This document shows positions 10,369 to 22,856 of a stretch of DNA of 64,000 nt, one piece after another. The position numbers and the translations under genes were made by a program. Every line of letters begins with the position of its first letter. Position 1 is the first letter of the stretch. Location of the stretch: NCBI GenBank assembly GCA_964016885.1, contig OZ024742.1:360654001-360718000 (forward strand), in the 5' to 3' direction. The DNA comes from Eledone cirrhosa. Its lineage: Eukaryota. The notes below the pieces were generated by a model. It saw only the letters and a list, made by a program, of their open reading frames with translations, was not told the DNA's origin and made no database searches.

Positions 10369-13300
10369 GTCTATATATAATTAGTTTAAGTTACTACATG
10401 GTAATATAACAGTGAGACCAGTCGATATATAATTAGTTTAAGTTACTACATGGTAATATAACAGTGAGACCAGTTGATATATAATTAGTTTAAGTTACTA
10501 CATGGTGATATATAACAGTGAAACCAGTCGATATATAATTAGTTTAAGTTACTACATGGTAATATATAACAGTGAAACCAGTCGATATATAATTAGTTAA
10601 AGTTACTACATGGTAATATATAACAGTGAAACCAGTCGATATATAATTAGTTTAAGTTACTACATGGTAATATATAACAGTGAAACCAGTCGATATATAA
10701 TTAGTTTAAGTTACTACATGGTAATATATAACAGTGAAACCAGTTGATATATAATTAGTTTAAGTTACTACATGGTAATATATAACAGTGAGACCAGTTG
10801 ATATATAATTAGTTTAAGTTACTACATGGTAATATAACAGTGAAACCAGTCGATATATAATTAGTTAAAGTTACTACATGGTAATATATAACAGTGAAAC
10901 CAGTTGATATATAATTAGTTTAAGTTACTACATGGTAATATATAACAGTGAGACCAGTTGATATATAATTAGTTAAAGTTACTACATGGTAATATATAAC
11001 AGTGAAACCAGTTGATATATAATTAGTTAAAGTTACTACATGGTGATATATAACAGTGAAACCAGTTGATATATAATTAGTTAAAGTTACTACATGGTAA
11101 TATATAACAGTGAAACCAGTCGATATATAATTAGTTTAAGTTACTACATGGTAATATATAACAGTGAAACCAGTTGATATATAATTAGTTAAAGTTACTA
11201 CATGGTGATATATAACAGTGAAACCAGTTGATATATAATTAGTTAAAGTTACTACATGGTAATATATAACAGTGAAACCAGTCGATATATAATTAGTTTA
11301 AGTTACTACATGGTAATATATAACAGTGAAACCAGTTGATATATAATTAGTTAAAGTTACTACATGGTAATATATAACAGTGAGACCAGTTGATATATAA
11401 TTAGTTAAAGTTACTACATGGTAATATATAACAGTGAAACCAGTTGATATATAATTAGTTAAAGTTACTACATGGTGATATATAACAGTGAAACCAGTCG
11501 ATATATAATTAGTTAAAGTTACTACATGGTAATATATAACAGTGAAACCAGTCGATATATAATTAGTTTAAGTTACTACATGGTAATATATAACAGTGAA
11601 ACCAGTTGATATATAATTAGTTAAAGTTACTACATGGTAATATATAACAGTGAGACCAGTTGATATATAATTAGTTAAAGTTACTACATGGTAATATATA
11701 ACAGTGAAACCAGTTGATATATAATTAGTTAAAGTTACTACATGGTGATATATAACAGTGAAACCAGTTGATATATAATTAGTTAAAGTTACTACATGGT
11801 AATATATAACAGTGAAACCAGTTGATATATAATTAGTTAAAGTTACTACATGGTAATATATAACAGTGAAACCAGTCGATATATAATTAGTTTAAGTTAC
11901 TACATGGTAATATATAACAGTGAAACCAGTTGATATATAATTAGTTTAAGTTACTACATGGTAATATATAACAGTAAAACCAGTTGATATATAATTAGTT
12001 TAAGTTACTACATGGTAATATATAACAGTGAAACCAGTTGATATATAATTAGTTTAAGTTACTACATGGTAATATATAACAGTGAAACCATTTGATATAT
12101 AATTAGTTAAAGTTACTACATGGTAATATATAACAGTGAAACCAGTCGATATATAATTAGTTTAAGTTACTACATGGTAATATATAACAGTGAAACCAGT
12201 TGATATATAATTAGTTTAAGTTACTACATGGTAATATATAACAGTGAAACCAGTTGATATATAATTAGTTTAAGTTACTACATGGTAATATATAACAGTG
12301 AAACCAGTCGATATATAATTAGTTTAAGTTACTACATGGTAATATATAACAGTAAAACCAGTTGATATATAATTAGTTTAAGTTACTACATGGTGATATA
12401 TAACAGTGAAACCAGTTGATATATAATTAGTTTAAGTTACTACATGGTAATATAACAGTGAAACCAGTCGATATATAATTAGTTTAAGTTACTACATGGT
12501 AATATAACAGTGAGACCAGTCGATATATAATTAGTTTAAGTTACTACATGGTAATATAACAGTGAGACCAGTTGATATATAATTAGTTTAAGTTACTACA
12601 TGGTAATATAACAGTGAAACCAGTCGATATATAATTAGTTAAAGTTACTACATGGTAATATATAACAGTGAAACCAGTTGATATATAATTAGTTTAAGTT
12701 ACTACATGGTAATATATAACAGTGAGACCAGTTGATATATAATTAGTTAAAGTTACTACATGGTAATATATAACAGTGAAACCAGTTGATATATAATTAG
12801 TTAAAGTTACTACATGGTGATATATAACAGTGAAACCAGTTGATATATAATTAGTTAAAGTTACTACATGGTAATATATAACAGTGAAACCAGTCGATAT
12901 ATAATTAGTTTAAGTTACTACATGGTAATATATAACAGTGAAACCAGTTGATATATAATTAGTTAAAGTTACTACATGGTGATATATAACAGTGAAACCA
13001 GTTGATATATAATTAGTTAAAGTTACTACATGGTAATATATAACAGTGAAACCAGTCGATATATAATTAGTTTAAGTTACTACATGGTAATATATAACAG
13101 TGAAACCAGTTGATATATAATTAGTTAAAGTTACTACATGGTAATATATAACAGTGAGACCAGTTGATATATAATTAGTTAAAGTTACTACATGGTAATA
13201 TATAACAGTGAAACCAGTTGATATATAATTAGTTAAAGTTACTACATGGTGATATATAACAGTGAAACCAGTCGATATATAATTAGTTAAAGTTACTACA

Positions 13301-15323
13301 TGGTAATATATAACAGTGAAACCAGTCGATATATAATTAGTTTAAGTTACTACATGGTAATATATAACAGTAAAACCAGTTGATATATAATTAGTTTAAG
13401 TTACTACATGGTAATATATAACAGTGAAACCAGTCGATATATAATTAGTTAAAGTTACTACATGGTAATATATAACAGTGAAACCAGTCGATATATAATT
13501 AGTTAAAGTTACTACATGGTAATATATAACAGTGAAACCAGTCGATATATAATTAGTTTAAGTTACTACATGGTGATATATAACAGTGAAACCAGTTGAT
13601 ATATAATTAGTTAAAGTTACTACATGGTAATATATAACAGTGAAACCAGTCGATATATAATTAGTTAAAGTTACTACATGGTAATATATAACAGTGAAAC
13701 CAGTCGATATATAATTAGTTTAAGTTACTACATGGTGATATATAACAGTGAAACCAGTTGATATATAATTAGTTAAAGTTACTACATGGTAATATATAAC
13801 AGTGAAACCAGTCGATATATAATTAGTTAAAGTTACTACATGGTAATATATAACAGTGAAACCAGTCGATATATAATTAGTTTAAGTTACTACATGGTAA
13901 TATATAACAGTGAGACCAGTCTATATATAATTAGTTAAAGTTACTACATGGTAATATATAACAGTGAGACCAGTTGATATATAATTAGTTTAAGTTACTA
14001 CATGGTAATATATAACAGTGAAACCAGTCGATATATAATAAGTTAAAGTTACTACATGGTAATATATAACAGTGAGACCAGTCGATATATAATTAGTTAA
14101 AGTTACTACATGGTAATATATAACAGTGAGACCAGTCGATATATAATTAGTTAAAGTTACTACATGGTAATATATAACAGTGAAACCAGTCTATATATAA
14201 TTAGTTAAAGTTACTACATGGTAATATATAACAGTGAAACCAGTCGATATATAATTAGTTTAAGTTACTACATGGTAATATATAACAGTGAAACCAGTTG
14301 ATATATAATTAGTTAAAGTTACTACATGGTAATATATAACAGTGAAACCAGTTGATATATAATAAGTTAAAGTTACTACATGGTAATATATAACAGTGAG
14401 ACCAGTTGATATATAATTAGTTAAAGTTACTACATGGTGATATATAACAGTGAAACCAGTTGATATATAATTAGTTAAAGTTACTACATGGTAATATATA
14501 ACAGTGAAACCAGTTGATATATAATTAGTTTAAGTTACTACATGGTAATATATAACAGTGAGACCAGTTGATATATAATTAGTTAAAGTTACTACATGGT
14601 GATATATAACAGTGAAACCAGTTGATATATAATTAGTTTAAGTTACTACATGGTAATATATAACAGTGAAACCAGTTGATATATAATTAGTTTAAGTTAC
14701 TACATGGTAATATATAACAGTGAGACCAGTTGATATATAATTAGTTTAAGTTACTACATGGTAATATATAACAGTGAAACCAGTTGATATATAATTAGTT
14801 TAAGTTACTACATGGTAATATATAACAGTGAAACCAGTTGATATATAATTAGTTTAAGTTACTACATGGTAATATATAACAGTGAGACCAGTTGATATAT
14901 AATTAGTTTAAGTTACTACATGGTAATATATAACAGTGAAACCAGTTGATATATAATTAGTTTAAGTTACTACATGGTAATATATAACAGTGAAACCAGT
15001 CGATATATAATTAGTTAAAGTTACTACATGGTAATATATAACAGTGAAACCAGTCGATATATAATTAGTTTAAGTTACTACATGGTAATATATAACAGTG
15101 AAACCAGTTGATATATAATTAGTTTAAGTTACTACATGGTAATATATAACAGTGAAACCAGTTGATATATAATTAGTTAAAGTTACTACATGGTAATATA
15201 TAACAGTGAAACCAGTTGATATATAATAAGTTAAAGTTACTACATGGTAATATATAACAGTGAGACCAGTTGATATATAATTAGTTAAAGTTACTACATG
15301 GTAATATATAACAGTGAAACCAG
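10369..15323. repeat. 54-bp AT-rich satellite, ~92 copies (GTYGATATATAATTAGTTWAAGTTACTACATGGTRATATATAACAGTGARACCA)
   Basis: The period was measured directly (GTCGAT at 10581 and 10635). Some units are 52-bp variants. Confidence 0.97.
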
Positions 15324-15356
15324 AAAAAAATCAAACTATATATCATTATCATCATT

Positions 15357-15503
15357 ATTTTATCGACCCCGTAAGGATGAAAGGCAAAGTTAATCCCGCC
15401 GAGGTTAACTTTGCCTTTCATCGTTACTGGGTCGATAAAATAAAGTACCAGTAATACACTGAGGTAATTGCTGGCCTTGTGCCAAAAGTAGAAACAATTA
15501 TCA
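15357..15503 (+). mobile_element. SINE family A with an inverted 5' duplication (fold-back)
   Basis: 15357-15393 is the reverse complement of 15405-15441. A normal SINE 3' tail runs to ~15503. Confidence 0.85.
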
Positions 15504-15762
15504 TTAGTTAATGTCCAGTCCTTCTGCAGTTAATAGTTTTCAACACTTGCCTGGGTAAACACTGCTAGGAGGGGGTGGGTAGATTACATGGTGAAGGGGA
15601 GAGTATAAGGTAGAGGTGGCCTTAAAGAGAGATGTTTGGTGGTATTCCCTTGTGAAGCACCCCCCCCCGCCTCCACACACACACACTGGCATGTTTGAAC
15701 CAGGAAATGGGAAATCAGAGATGTGCATGGTGAATCACCTACACACATGTCTAAAGAATTGA

Positions 15763-15835
15763 AGCTACACCTGATAAGGGATTGTCTTGTCTACTCTTTG
15801 TCATACCCCTTGTCAGCCCCGAAGGTTTAGTGGCT
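15763..15835 (+). ncRNA. Degenerate type I hammerhead-ribozyme-like motif (Penelope-like relic)
   Basis: AGCTAC-AC-CTGATAA-GGG..CCCC-GAAG-GTTTA-GTGGCT. Stem I (AGCTAC/GTGGCT) and the stem II base pair, but the core has two substitutions. Confidence 0.4.
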
Positions 15836-15960
15836 GTTCCAGCACATCCCCCTTGAGGTCCTCTTTATTAGTCGAACCCCTTGTGAGCCTCAAGAGGTGG
15901 AGTGATTGTTACAGCATGTCTCCTTCCCCCGGGGTAATATATTCTCCATCCTGTCAGCCA

Positions 15961-16070
15961 GGAACCAGAGGTGGAGGGTAAGTTAGTTGGGAGTGGAGGG
16001 GATAGAGGTTCAGGTGGGAACCAGAGCTGGAGGGTAAGTTAGTTGGGAGTGGAGGATAGAGGTTCAGGTG
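15961..16070. repeat. Two-copy direct repeat of 56/54 bp
   Basis: GGAACCAGAGSTGGAGGGTAAGTTAGTTGGGAGTGGAGG..ATAGAGGTTCAGGTG at 15961 and 16017. Confidence 0.9.
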
Positions 16071-16403
16071 TCACTTTCTGTCATATTTTAAACATAGAAT
16101 TTACTTCTCAACTAGAACTTGTAGTAAAACTTTGATCAGTTTTAGTATACTTGTATCTACTTGGGTACTTGGTATTTATTTAAAAATTAAAGAGGGGTGT
16201 GGCAGACTCTAAACCCCAGTCTAAGTAAGCAATGTATCTCAGCTACACTTCATGGACAAAATGGCTGAAGTATTACCACAGAAAATAGCCAGTGATACCC
16301 ACTGTATCAACCATTCTGCCTCATAGGGCTCATTCCGTATTTGTGATGCATTCCTCCTGATTTTGCAGTGGAAAACAGCATTCCTTGCTACAGTGGATTT
16401 ATG

Positions 16404-16983
16404 AATTTGGGGTCTATGTAATTATTATAACCACAATTTGGGGTCTATGTAATTATTATAACCACAATTTGGGGACTGTGTAATTATTATAACCACAATT
16501 TGGGGTCTGTGTAATTATTATAACCACAATTTGGGGACTGTAATTATTATAACCACAATTTGGGGACTGTGTAATTATTATAACCACAATTTGGGGACTG
16601 TGTAATTATTATAACCACAATTTGGGGACTGTAATTATTATAACCACAATTTGGGGTCTGTGTAATTATTATAACCACAATTTGGGGACTGTGTAATTAT
16701 TATAACCACAATTTGGGGACTAATTATTATAACCACAATTTGGGGTCTGTGTAATTATTATAACCACAATTTGGGGACTGTGTAATTATTATAACCACAA
16801 TTTGGGGACTGTGTAATTATTATAACCACAATTTGGGGTCTGTGTAATTATTATAACCACAATTTGGGGACTGTAATTATTATAACCACAATTTGGGGAC
16901 TGTAATTATTATAACCACAATTTGGGGTCTGTGTAATTATTATAACCACAATTTGGGGTCTGTAATTATTATAACCACAATTA
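16404..16983. repeat. 31-bp minisatellite (AATTTGGGGWCTRTGTAATTATTATAACCAC, with 27-29-bp variants), ~19 copies
   Basis: Direct tandem repetition. Confidence 0.95.
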
Positions 16984-17059
16984 CTTTGGAGGCAAAGATC
17001 TACAACCTTACTAATTAGCTAACAATATTAAGATTGAAACATAAACCTTGATGTTAATG

Positions 17060-17250
17060 ATGATAGTGATGTTTGGTGATGGTGGTGATGGTGATGGTGG
17101 TGATGATGGTGATGATGGTGATGGTGATGGTGATGATGGTGGTGGTAGTGAGTTTGGTGATGGTGGTGGTGATGATGTTAGTGAGGGCAGTGGTGGTGAT
17201 GATAGTGAGTGGTGGTGATATTGATGGTGTTTGGTGATGGTGGTGGTGAA
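17060..17250. repeat. (GGT/GAT)n microsatellite
   Basis: Visible trinucleotide repeat. Confidence 0.9.
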
Positions 17251-17341
17251 GATGTCAATTTGGACATGTCAACATTACCTCAACAATTTCGACAAGTTAA
17301 GGTATTGGGCACATAAATTTCAAATCTACAGCAATCACTCA

Positions 17342-17927
17342 ATTCTGGGTCAACTGGTCTTTTCTAGGTCAACTGGTCTACCCTGGGTCAACTGGTCTAT
17401 TCTAGGTCAGTAAGTCTATTCTGGGTCAACTGGTCTATTCTAGGTCAGTAAGTCTATTCTGGGTCAACTGGTCTATTCTAGGTCAGCAAGTCTATTCTGG
17501 GTCAACTGGTCTATTCTAGGTCAGCAAGTCTATTCTGGGTCAACTGGTCTATTCTGGGTCAGCAGTCTATTCTGGGTCAACTGATCTATTCTAGGTCAGC
17601 AAGTCTATTCTGGGTCAACCAGTCTATTCTGGTCAGCAAATCTATTCTGGGTCAACTGGTCTATTCTTGGTCAACCATTCTGGGTCAACTTTTCAATAAT
17701 TCTATTTTAGGTCAAATATGTTATACTGGGTCAACGGATCTAATCTAGGTCAACTGATTTATTCTAGGTCAACTGTTCTATTCTGGGTCAACTGATCAGC
17801 CGTTCTATTCTGGATCAACTGATCTATTCTAGGTCAACTGATCTATTCTAGGTCAACCGATCTATTCTGGGTCAACCGATCAACCGTTCTATTCTGGGTC
17901 AACTGATCAACTGTTCTACTGTGGGTC
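17342..17927. repeat. 19-bp degenerate minisatellite (TATTCTRGGTCAACTGRTC), partly a 38-bp dimer
   Basis: Alternating TATTCTGGGTCAACTGGTC / TATTCTAGGTCAGYAAGTC units. Confidence 0.9.
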
Positions 17928-18389
17928 ACCCATTTTTCTGTCCATTGATTCACTGTTGAGGTGCTATGATGGTATCTGGGTAGTAATGTTTGGTAATCTC
18001 ATATTACTGGTGTTACTGGAATGAACCTATCCAACGAAGGAAGGCCTTATACAGTTGCTTGATTTCCTAGAAATAGCAACCAAATCTAAAAAATCATACC
18101 TTAAACTTTAATAAAATAAAGGACTCATTTGATACACCATTGCTTGAAAATTTACTGGATAGTCATGGCTAGAATGCCTTCCATCTGAGATTTACCTAAT
18201 GAAAGTTGATCTATGATATGGTATAACATGGTCCCGTAACTTCCGAGGAAGTCGTAGGGGCACCCTATTGATATAAAGCATCTCTTGAGCATTTTAACCC
18301 TGGCAGAGCTCCTTTCCAGGACTGAATACAGCAGATTTTTCCATTCTTCCAGAGAAGGATAGAGTAAGTAAATGGAAGGGAAAAAGAGA

Positions 18390-18552
18390 TATAGAGGAAG
18401 AATTAACCCCAGTACTAAACTGGTACTTTTATCATTGACCTCAAGTATGAAAAGCAAAGTGGACCTCGTGAGGATTTGAACTTAAGAGAACAGGAAGTAA
18501 TACCACAAAGTATTCTCTCCAATGTTCTAATGACTGCCATTTTGTCACCTTC
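18390..18552 (-). mobile_element. SINE family A, degenerate
   Basis: CCCCAGTACTAAACTGGTACTTTTATCATTGACC..TGAAAAGCAAAGTGGACCTCG..GGATTTGAACT matches the reverse complement of family A. Confidence 0.7.
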
Positions 18553-18699
18553 ACTAAACAATAATTAGAACATTGACTCAAACAAACAATGAAGAAATGG
18601 CACACTGACTAATGTAGTCCTAGATACATTATTCCTTGGAATGGAAGCTTTTGATCCTAAGTCTGCACATTGGTGTTAATTGAGGGCCAAGCAACAACA

Positions 18700-20045
18700 G
18701 CATACCACCACCATTACACCACCACCACCACAGTATCTATTACTAATATTACCATCAAATAGACACCACTAATACCACTGTCATTAACACCACCACCACT
18801 ACTACCCAAGCTACCACCAATACCACCATTACTACTGTCACCACCATTACTATTACCACCACCACACCACAACTACCACACACCAATACCACCACCACCA
18901 CACTACCATCACCACCACCACACCACAAAACCACTACAACACCATCACCACCACACCACCACCAACACCATTACCACCACCACACCACCACCACACCACC
19001 ACCAACACAACACCACCACCACACCACCACACTACCATCACCACACCACACCACCACACTACCATCACCACACCACACCACCACACTACCATCACCATAC
19101 CACACAACACCACCACACTACCATCACCACACCACCAACACCACAACCACCACATCACCACACCACCACCACCACACCACTACCACCACCAGCACAACCA
19201 CACCACTACCAGCACCAGCACCACCACACCACCATCACCACCACACCACCATCACCACCACACCACCATCACCACCACACCACCACCACCACCACCACCA
19301 CACCACTACCACCACCAGCACCACACCACCACCACACCACACCACCACCACACCAACACCACCACCACACCACACCACACCACAACCACACCACACCACA
19401 CCACCACCACCCAACACCACCACCACCACCACCACACCATACCACCACCACCCAACACCACCACCACCACCCAACACCACCACCACCACCCAACACCACC
19501 ACGACCACTCAACACCACCACAACCACCACCACACCACGACCACCACCACACCACCACCACCACACCACCACACCACCACACCACACCACCACCACCACC
19601 ACTCAACACCACCACCACCACCACACCAATACCACCACCACCACCACACCACACCACGACCACCACCACACCACGACCACCACCACACCACCACACCACC
19701 ACACCACACCACCACCACCACCACACCAATACCACCACCACCACCACACCACCACACCACACCACCACCACCACTCAACACCACCACCACACCACCACCA
19801 CACCACCACACCACCACCACCACCACACCACCACCACACCACACCACACCACACCACACCACACCACCACTACCCAACACCACCACCCCACACCACCACC
19901 ACCCAACACCACCACACCACACCACACCACCACCACACCACCACACCACCACCACCCAACACCACCACCACCACTCAACACCACCACCACCACACCACAC
20001 CACACCACCACCACCCAACACCACCACCACCACTCAACACCACCA
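18700..20045. repeat. (CAC/CACCA)n low-complexity array
   Basis: Visible mosaic of CAC and CACCA. Confidence 0.95.
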
Positions 20046-20137
20046 GACCCTAAAGTTCTGACTCAATATATATATGTCTTTCTGTTGTTCTTGTTGTTGT
20101 TGATGTGACCATTAAAGTTGTCATTGTTGTTGTTGTT

Positions 20138-21703
20138 GTCACTATGCTGGTCTTGTTGTTGTTGTCACTATGCTGGTCTTGTTGTTGTAGTTGTTGTTGT
20201 CACTCTGCTGGTCTTGTTGTTGTAGTCACTATGCTGGTCTTGTTGTAGTTGTTGTCACTATGCTGGTCTTGTTGTAGTTGTTGTCACTATGCTGGTCTTG
20301 TTGTTGTTGTTGTTGTCACTATGCTGGTCTTGTAGTTGTTGTTGTCACTCTGCTGGTCTTGTTGTAGTTGTTGTCACTATGCTGGTCTTGTTGTTGTTGT
20401 TGTTGTCACTATGCTGGTCTTGTAGTTGTTGTTGTCACTCTGCTGGTCTTGTTGTTGTGGTTGTTGTTGTCACTCTGCTGGTCTTGTTGTTGTGGTTGTT
20501 GTTGTCACTCTGCTGGTCTTGTTGTTGTGGTTGTTGTTGTCACTCTGCTGGTCTTGTTGTTGTAGTTGTTGTTGTCACTCTGCTGGTCTTGTTGTTGTTG
20601 TTGTCACTATGCTGGTCTTGTTGTTGTAGTTGTTGTTGTCACTATGCTGGTCTTGTTGTTGTTGTAGTTGTTGTCACTCTGCTGGTCTTGTTGTTGTTGT
20701 TGTTGTTGTCACTATGCTGGTCTTGTTGTTGTTGTCACTCTGCTGGTCTTGTTGTTGTTGTTGTTGTTGTCACTGCTGGTCTTGTTGTTGTTGTTGTCAC
20801 TCTGCTGGTCTTGTTGTTGTTGTTGTCACTCTGCTGGTCTTGTTGTTGTAGTTGTTGTCACTATGCTGGTCTTGTTGTTGTTGTCACTATGCTGGTCTTG
20901 TTGTTGTTGTTGTCACTATGCTGGTCTTGTTGTTGTTGTTGTCACTCTACTGGTCTTGTTGTTGTTGTTGTTGTCACTATGCTGGTCTTGTTGTTGTTGT
21001 TGTTGTCACTCTGCTGGTCTTGTTGTTGTAGTTGTTGTCACTATGCTGGTCTTGTTGTTGTTGTTGTTGTCACTATGCTGGTCTTGTTGTTGTTGTTGTC
21101 ACTCTGCTGGTCTTGTTGTTGTAGTTGTTGTTGTCACTATGCTGGTCTTGTTGTTGTTGTTGTCACTCTGCTGGTCTTGTTGTTGTTGTTGTTGTTGTCA
21201 CTATGCTGGTCTTGTTGTTGTAGTTGTTGTCACTATGCTGGTGTTGTTGTTGTTGTTGTTGTCACTCTGCTGGTCTTGTTGTAGTTGTTGTTGTTGTTGT
21301 TGTCACTCTGCTGGTCTTGTTGTTGTTGTTGTCACTATGCTGGTCTTGTTGTTGTTGTTGTCACTCTGCTGGTCTTGTTGTTGTTGTTGTCACTCTGCTG
21401 GTGTTGTTGTTGTTGTCACTATGCTGGTGTTGTTGTTGTTGTTGTCACTCTGCTGGTCTTGTTGTTGTAGTTGTTGTTGTCACTCTGCTGGTCTTGTTGT
21501 TGTTGTCACTCTGCTGGTGTTGTTGTTGTTGTCACTATGCTGGTGTTGTTGTTGTTGTTGTCACTCTGCTGGTCTTGTTGTTGTAGTTGTTGTTGTCACT
21601 CTGCTGGTCTTGTTGTTGTTGTTGTTGTTGTCACTATGCTGGTCTTGTTGTTGTAGTTGTTGTCACTATGCTGGTCTTGTTGTTGTTGTTGTTGTTGTCA
21701 CTA
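20138..21703. repeat. Compound minisatellite: constant GTCACTMTGCTGGTCTT core plus a variable (GTT)n/GTA spacer
   Basis: The core recurs roughly every 26-41 bp; only the spacer length varies. Confidence 0.95.
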
Positions 21704-21767
21704 TTACTTTGATCGTCAGAATTGATGCAGTTGTTATTTTAGTCACCATGATCGTAGATGTTTTTCG

Positions 21768-22477
21768 TTGTAGTAGTAGTAGTAGTTGTTGTAGTAGTAG
21801 TAGTTGTTGTAGTAGATGTTTTTGTAGTAGTAGTTGTTGTAGTAGTAGTTGTTGTAGTAGTTTTTATAGTAGTAGTAGTTGTTGTAGTAGATGTTTTTGT
21901 AGTAGTAGTTGTTGTAGTAGTTGTTGTAGTAGTTGTTTTTGTAGTAGTAGTAGTTGTAGTAGTAGTTGTTGTAGTAGTTTTTATAGTAGTAGTAGTTGTT
22001 GTAGTAGATGTTTTTGTAGTAGTAGTAGTTTTTGTAGTAGTAGTAGTAGTAGTTTTTGTAGTAGTAGTAGATGTTTTTGTAGTAGTAGTAGTAGTAGTTT
22101 TTGTAGTAGTAGTAGTAGTAGTTGTTGTAGTAGATGTTTTTGTAGTAGTAGTAGCAGTAGTAGTAGTAGTTGTAGTAGATGTTTTTGTAGTAGTAGTTGT
22201 AGTAGTACTAGTAGTTGTAGATGTTGTTGTAGTAGATGTAGTAGTAGTAGTAGTAGTTGTAGTAGTAGTAGTTGTTGTAGTAGTAGTAGTAGTTGTTGTA
22301 GTTGTAGTAGATGTTTTTGTAGTAGTAGTACTAGTAGTTGTAGTAGATGTTTTTGTTGTAGTAGTAGTACTAGTAGTTGTAGTAGATGTTGTAGTAGTAG
22401 TTGTTGTAGTAGTAGTAGTTGTTGTAGTAGTAGTTGTTGTAGTAGATGTTTTTGTTGTAGTAGTAGTAGTTGTTGTA
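21768..22477. repeat. (GTA/GTT)n compound microsatellite with GATGTTTTT interruptions
   Basis: Visible trinucleotide mosaic. Confidence 0.95.
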
Positions 22478-22856
22478 AATGAGTCAGTTATTCATTAAAG
22501 TCTCACTGACAAGTCTGTCTAAATTAGTTTACATACTAGCAATTGTAATAGCATTACTAAAGCCTAACTTAGTCACTCTATTGTGTAACATCCTTACAGA
22601 ATTCCATCTATTCACATATCATTGCTCACTAGAAACAATACTACTTTCACTACTAATTGCTACACAGAAACACAGAAACGTTCTATCTCTCCATCTACTT
22701 CTCTAACTTCCTCTCTACTTATATATATAATATATTTAAAAGTTAAACAAGGTTCAATGAATACATCAAAGAATGAGTTTTACAATAGATTGGAAGCACT
22801 CAACAGCAAGGTTTTCCAGAGTTATTAATATTAACTAAAAATATTAACAAAATATT

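Noticed and set aside
18152-18457. 101-aa minus-strand ORF
   Set aside because: It starts inside a SINE and has no recognisable motif or splice support.
20138-21703. CRISPR-like repeat-spacer appearance (also considered for the 48- and 54-bp arrays)
   Set aside because: The spacers are microsatellite or near-identical rather than unique, there are no cas genes, and the context is eukaryotic.
18934-22498. Poly-Val/Cys/Ser/Trp ORFs resembling keratin-associated or metallothionein-like proteins
   Set aside because: These are translations of (CAC)n, (GTT)n and (GTA)n microsatellites.
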